Source: Thermotogota bacterium
GTDB lineage: Bacteria > Thermotogota > Thermotogae > Petrotogales > Kosmotogaceae
Direction: 5' to 3'
DNA: 21,095 nt
NCBI GenBank assembly: GCA_034660555.1
Contig: JAYEJL010000025.1
Coordinates: 1-21,095, forward strand
The notes beneath the pieces are model-generated. The model ran no database searches and had not been told where the DNA came from. It saw only the letters and a list, made by a program, of their open reading frames with translations. The translations under genes and the position numbers were made by a program. Shown piece after piece: positions 17,273 to 21,095 of this stretch. Numbering within the stretch: position 1 is the first letter of the stretch; every line of letters begins with the position of its first letter.

Positions 17273-17310
17273 TAAAACAACACCACACATTTTGTTAAAC
17301 GCTTAGCAAC

Positions 17311-17336
17311 AAAAAACGGCAGCTATAAAGCTGCCG
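17311..17336 (-). terminator. Intrinsic terminator downstream of the PEGA gene
   Basis: Perfect stem CGGCAGCT-(4 nt)-AGCTGCCG followed by T6 on the minus strand, 9 bp after the stop at 17346. Confidence 0.85.
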
Positions 17337-17345
17337 ATTTAAAGA

Positions 17346-18425
17346 TTAATCCATCATCGTTAGAACAACCAGTAAACCAATTAAAAGTACAACTCCTCCA
17401 AGGACAATAATCAGTACATTGGTATCGTGCTTAATCTCTTCCTTAGTTTTATGCTGCAATATAAAGGATGCAGTTTGCGTTTTACCTTCACTTACCGTGA
17501 CTGTCATACTGGCTGAATGATATTCCCATTTGGAAACCTCAATTTTATGTTGTCCTACACGGGCAAAATCTTTATAAGGTGTTGTTCCAACCATCTCACC
17601 ATCAATATAAACGGAGGCATTAGGTTGACATGTAACTTCAATGTACCCATATGGATAATTAGGCTTAAGCGTATAGTTTTTTGTTGTGTAACCAGCTGAA
17701 ACATGAACAATATCAGGACCGTAAACAAGATCCTTAACATTTTCCAGATAAATCCAGTGATTTCCAGTTTCCAGTTCGACTGTAATGGGATTGGTTCCTC
17801 TTGGTAATCCATCAACATACACGGTGGCGTTTCTATCGGCATTTATCTGGAACAATCCCATTATCGGGTTGTAATTGGCAAAAAAATACGTGAATCCAAA
17901 GTTCCAGTTCTGGTTCGTCATGGAATTCTGAACTACACCTTTAAGATTTTTTACATTGTTTATTAAATAAGGAAATGCAGTTGAACCAAACTGTGAAGTA
18001 ACAGAATCGAGGAACGGTAACGGTTCATCTGATGCAATTATAAGAATTATTTCCCTTCCACGGTCAGAACTTACTTTTAAACTGTAGTTTGTAGAGGATC
18101 TCTCTGTCGGTAATGAATACGTCTTACCACCCTTCATGAAATTATTCTGATCGTATTTATTCGGGAATAGGATATCTACTCTTCCATTGGGCATGATATC
18201 GAGAATCGCAACATAAGCATCCTCACTTACACTAAAACTTAAGTTAAGACTACCACCGTTGTAGTATGAACCGGGCATTGATTTTTCCGTGTTAACTTTA
18301 ACATCAATTGACTTATCCGTTGGCCTTATAAGAATGTCTCGTGGATTATAGTAAACACCGGTAACGGAGAAAGCACAAATTGATAGAGACAAAACTAACA
18401 CCAAAAAAACTATCAAACGTCTTAT
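17346..18425 (-). CDS. DUF4384 + 2x PEGA domain envelope protein with signal peptide and C-terminal membrane anchor
   Basis: DUF4384-like motif DAYVAILDI.PNG.VDILFPN..GREIILIIAS. Two PEGA repeats (NATVYVDG..GT.P and NASVYIDG..GTTP). Hydrophobic C-terminal helix. Start placed at ATA 18425 from SD spacing and signal peptide; the ORF track uses TTG 18416. Confidence 0.8.
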   Translation of the reverse strand: MRRLIVFLVLVLSLSICAFSVTGVYYNPRDILIRPTDKSIDVKVNTEKSMPGSYYNGGSLNLSFSVSEDAYVAILDIMPNGRVDILFPNKYDQNNFMKGGKTYSLPTERSSTNYSLKVSSDRGREIILIIASDEPLPFLDSVTSQFGSTAFPYLINNVKNLKGVVQNSMTNQNWNFGFTYFFANYNPIMGLFQINADRNATVYVDGLPRGTNPITVELETGNHWIYLENVKDLVYGPDIVHVSAGYTTKNYTLKPNYPYGYIEVTCQPNASVYIDGEMVGTTPYKDFARVGQHKIEVSKWEYHSASMTVTVSEGKTQTASFILQHKTKEEIKHDTNVLIIVLGGVVLLIGLLVVLTMMD

Positions 18426-18436
18426 GATCCCACCTC

Positions 18437-19381
18437 CTAAATAGAATTTTTTATTTCATTAATCGCTCTCTCAATAATTTCTGCTGAGTTCGCCAATTTA
18501 TCGTGCTCTTCTTCAGAAATATTCAACGGTAGTATTTTCTCAATACCTTTTGAACCAACGACACTCGGTGCGCTAAAGGGGATATTTTCCATTTTATCAA
18601 ATTTATTGTGTACGGTTAAAACAGTAAGGACCGAATGTTGATTACCAGCAATAACTTCGATTATTCTCGCAACGGCCAACCCTATCCCGAAACATGTAGA
18701 TCCTTTCTTCTGAATTATTTGATATACAGCTTCTTTTGTCGATTCAAATATCTCCTTCAACACAATTTGACCAGGACAATTTTCATTTTTACACTCTTTG
18801 CAATACGATTTAATTGGAGTTCCACCAATATTGGCTGTTGACCAGCTGGCAATTTCACTATCTCCGTGTTCTCCCAGCACATAGGCATGTACACTACGTG
18901 GGTCAAGTTTACAGTGCTAGGCAATATTTTGTCTTAGTCTTGCTGTATCAAGAGTTGTTCCCGAACCAAAGACACGAGAGCGTGGTAGCCCTGATTTTTT
19001 CCATGCGACCCAGGTAAGTACGTCAACAGGATTTGAGACTATGAGAAGAATTGTGTCCTTATTTCTTTTCATAACTTCAGCAACAATATTTACCATAATA
19101 CTGGTATTGCTTTCAAGCAATTGAAGTCTTGTTTCACCGGGTTTTTGGGGTTTTCCTGCTGTTATTACAACAATGTCAGATTCATTAACCAGATCATAGC
19201 CTCCTCCGTTGATTACTACAAGTCTTGTGTAGGGATTAACATGTTTCAGATCCATTGCTTGACCCTTTGCCAGTTCTTCGTTTATATCGATAAGATTTAT
19301 TTCATTGACAATCCCTTTTATCATAGAGGCATATGCTATTGATAAACCTACCATACCTGCTCCAATGATAGAAATATTCAA
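18437..19381 (-). pseudogene. ldh: L-lactate dehydrogenase interrupted by an in-frame TAG at 18917-18919
   Basis: Continuous single frame with [66 protein letters not shown]. 945 bp in total, TTG start. Confidence 0.88.
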
Positions 19382-20436
19382 GCGTTATCTCTCCTATTTT
19401 TTATGATTTTGTTTAAGTATTTCATGAATTTTTCTTCTATTTTTTCTCTTTTAACCGTCTCTATTATCTCACCATCAATAAAAATAGCTGCCCCTTCTTT
19501 TGTTCCAGCAATACCTATATCAGAATTACTTCCTTCGCCAATACCATTTACTACACAGCCCATTACTGCTATTCTAACACTTTTATCAATATTTTTTGTA
19601 GCCTTTTCAATTCTCTCTGCTAACCTTTCAACATCTATTTCAGTTCTACCACATGTTGGACACGCAACGATAGTAACACCTTTTTTCATTCCAAGAGCCT
19701 TCAAAATAGATTTTGCAACAATAACTTCTTTTAGAGGATCCCCCGGCAATGAAACCCTAACAGTATTGCCAATTCCCTTTGACAACAATATTCCAATACC
19801 AAGGGCGCTTTTAACTGTTCCATCTACACCAATACCTGATTCCGTTACTCCAATATGTAAAGGGTAATCTACCTTTGAGTCAATATACTCATTCGCCTTT
19901 ACTGTCTCGTTGACATCGGATGATTTAACAGAAATTACAATTTCTTCGAAGGACATTTTCTCCAGTAATCTCACTTCGCTCAATGCACTCTCAGCCAGAG
20001 CTTTTTCGGGGGAATAATGTTTGAAATCACTTTTTAGGGAACCCGAGTTCGCACCAACCCTTATCGGGATATGGTGCTCTTTTGCTGCTTTTACTACTTC
20101 CTTTATCTTCCATTCTGCTCCGATATTTCCCGGGTTGATTCTTACCTTGTGTATACCCGACTCTATAGATTTAATGGCAAGTTTGTAATCATAATGAATA
20201 TCTGCCACGAGAGGAACCTCTGTTGAAGAAACAAGAGTTTTGACAGCAACTGCACTATCTTCATCGGGAACAGCTATTCTTACAATTTCACAGCCTGAAG
20301 CCTTCAATTTTTTTATCTGAGAAACTGTTCTCTCAATGTCACATGTTTTGGTGTTCGTCATCGACTGAATTGCTACCGGATAATCTCCGCCAATCTTAAT
20401 AGTGCCTATTGTTATTGTTCTTTTCTTAAAACTCAA
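19378..20436 (-). CDS. ispG: 4-hydroxy-3-methylbut-2-en-1-yl diphosphate synthase (MEP pathway)
   Basis: 352 aa with motifs IQSMTNT, PLVADIH, RINPGNIG, IRVGANSGSL, YPLHIGVTE, and 4Fe-4S ligands CPTCGR and MGCVVNG..E. Confidence 0.97.
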   Translation of the reverse strand: MSFKKRTITIGTIKIGGDYPVAIQSMTNTKTCDIERTVSQIKKLKASGCEIVRIAVPDEDSAVAVKTLVSSTEVPLVADIHYDYKLAIKSIESGIHKVRINPGNIGAEWKIKEVVKAAKEHHIPIRVGANSGSLKSDFKHYSPEKALAESALSEVRLLEKMSFEEIVISVKSSDVNETVKANEYIDSKVDYPLHIGVTESGIGVDGTVKSALGIGILLSKGIGNTVRVSLPGDPLKEVIVAKSILKALGMKKGVTIVACPTCGRTEIDVERLAERIEKATKNIDKSVRIAVMGCVVNGIGEGSNSDIGIAGTKEGAAIFIDGEIIETVKREKIEEKFMKYLNKIIKNRRDNA

Positions 20437-21095
20437 AAGAATCTACCTATATCAATAAATGTTATATATAAAATAAATGCCATAAGCAAAACGAATCCTA
20501 TTGTATTGATAATTCCCTCAACCTTTGGGTCAATTTTCCTTCTTATAACCATTTCAACAAGCGCAAGTACCATTTTCCCTCCATCCAATATTGGTAGTGG
20601 GATTAGATTTATAACTCCAAGATTAAGTGTGATGAACCCAACAAGGATAAAAACGGTTTTTAAACCTGACTGGGCAGCAGCTCCCACAATTTGGACTATT
20701 CCCACAGGGCCAGTAAACTCACTGGGTTTCGTTTGACCGGTAAACAGATTACCAACTATCTTCACCATACTGGATAAAAGTTCTGTTGCCCATTGAAATC
20801 CTAAAGAAACTGCTTCTATAGCATTCTGAGGTCGCCAATACTCATAACCTGATTTAAAACTATTGGGTTGCTCAAAAAAATCTATGAGATCGCTTTTGTA
20901 CATAATTATTTTCTGCTCTACTCCATTTCTTATAAGAATAACTTCTACATCTCTCGGAAAACCATGTATGATAAATTCAGCTTCATCTCCTGAAAACTGC
21001 AAATATATCTGATTTCTATCCAGATTTATTGTCTGTGCAAGCATAGTAAGAGAGACCCCATCTTTAATATCCATATGACCAACCCTGATAATTCT
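20433..21095 (-). CDS. rseP: Site-2 (M50) zinc metalloprotease RseP, C-terminal part; truncated by the window edge
   Basis: Motifs GPVGI and LNLGVINLIPLPILDGG. The frame stays open to the window end (RIIRVGH before the track's Met). Typical rseP-ispG synteny. Confidence 0.88.
   Translation of the reverse strand, partial: RIIRVGHMDIKDGVSLTMLAQTINLDRNQIYLQFSGDEAEFIIHGFPRDVEVILIRNGVEQKIIMYKSDLIDFFEQPNSFKSGYEYWRPQNAIEAVSLGFQWATELLSSMVKIVGNLFTGQTKPSEFTGPVGIVQIVGAAAQSGLKTVFILVGFITLNLGVINLIPLPILDGGKMVLALVEMVIRRKIDPKVEGIINTIGFVLLMAFILYITFIDIGRFF

Noticed and set aside
16916..17290. 124-aa ORF as an independent hypothetical gene
   Set aside because: It is better explained as the N-terminal half of the GAF domain of the frameshifted EAL gene.
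18917..18919. Amber read-through (pyrrolysine or recoded TAG) in ldh
   Set aside because: There are no pyl genes in the window, the same ldh frame ends with TAG at 18437-18439 where LDH normally ends, and extra missense decay favours a pseudogene.
19403..19867. 154-aa plus-strand ORF, and the other 60-115 aa alternative-frame or antisense ORFs in the track
   Set aside because: They lie within or largely overlap well-supported genes, lack recognisable motifs, and have the composition of shadow ORFs.
1..21095. CRISPR arrays, tRNA/rRNA, transposases, integrases, phage or defence genes
   Set aside because: No spaced direct repeats, RNA gene signatures or relevant protein motifs were seen, and intergenic spaces are short and mostly explained.

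Overview
AT-rich bacterial chromosomal window, probably from a Thermotogota (Kosmotoga/Mesotoga-like) organism. That assignment is inferred from gene content, the SPI-type non-lipoprotein sugar-binding protein and the DUF4384-PEGA protein. Left: a coupled pair of a MelB/MFSD2-like MFS transporter and a YghO/bCerS-like GNAT N-acyltransferase. Centre (2638-14455): a LacI-controlled, divergently transcribed, probable beta-mannoside utilisation locus. Its rightward arm holds the lacI-family regulator, a sugar ABC SBP, two permeases, a cytoplasmic phosphorylase-type GH130 and a secreted hydrolase-type GH130. Its leftward arm holds two uncharacterised secreted proteins (445 aa, and a 763-aa modular alpha/alpha-barrel protein with two CBM-like modules). 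Both arms carry near-identical LacI operators, and a convergent GH5 beta-mannosidase-like gene follows. Right (minus strand): partial rseP, ispG, an ldh with an in-frame amber stop, a DUF4384-PEGA surface protein that appears to start at ATA, and a GAF-PAS-GAF-GGDEF(degenerate)-EAL gene split by a frameshift. No rRNA, tRNA, CRISPR array or mobile element was seen. All family assignments come from motif recognition by eye, not from database searches.
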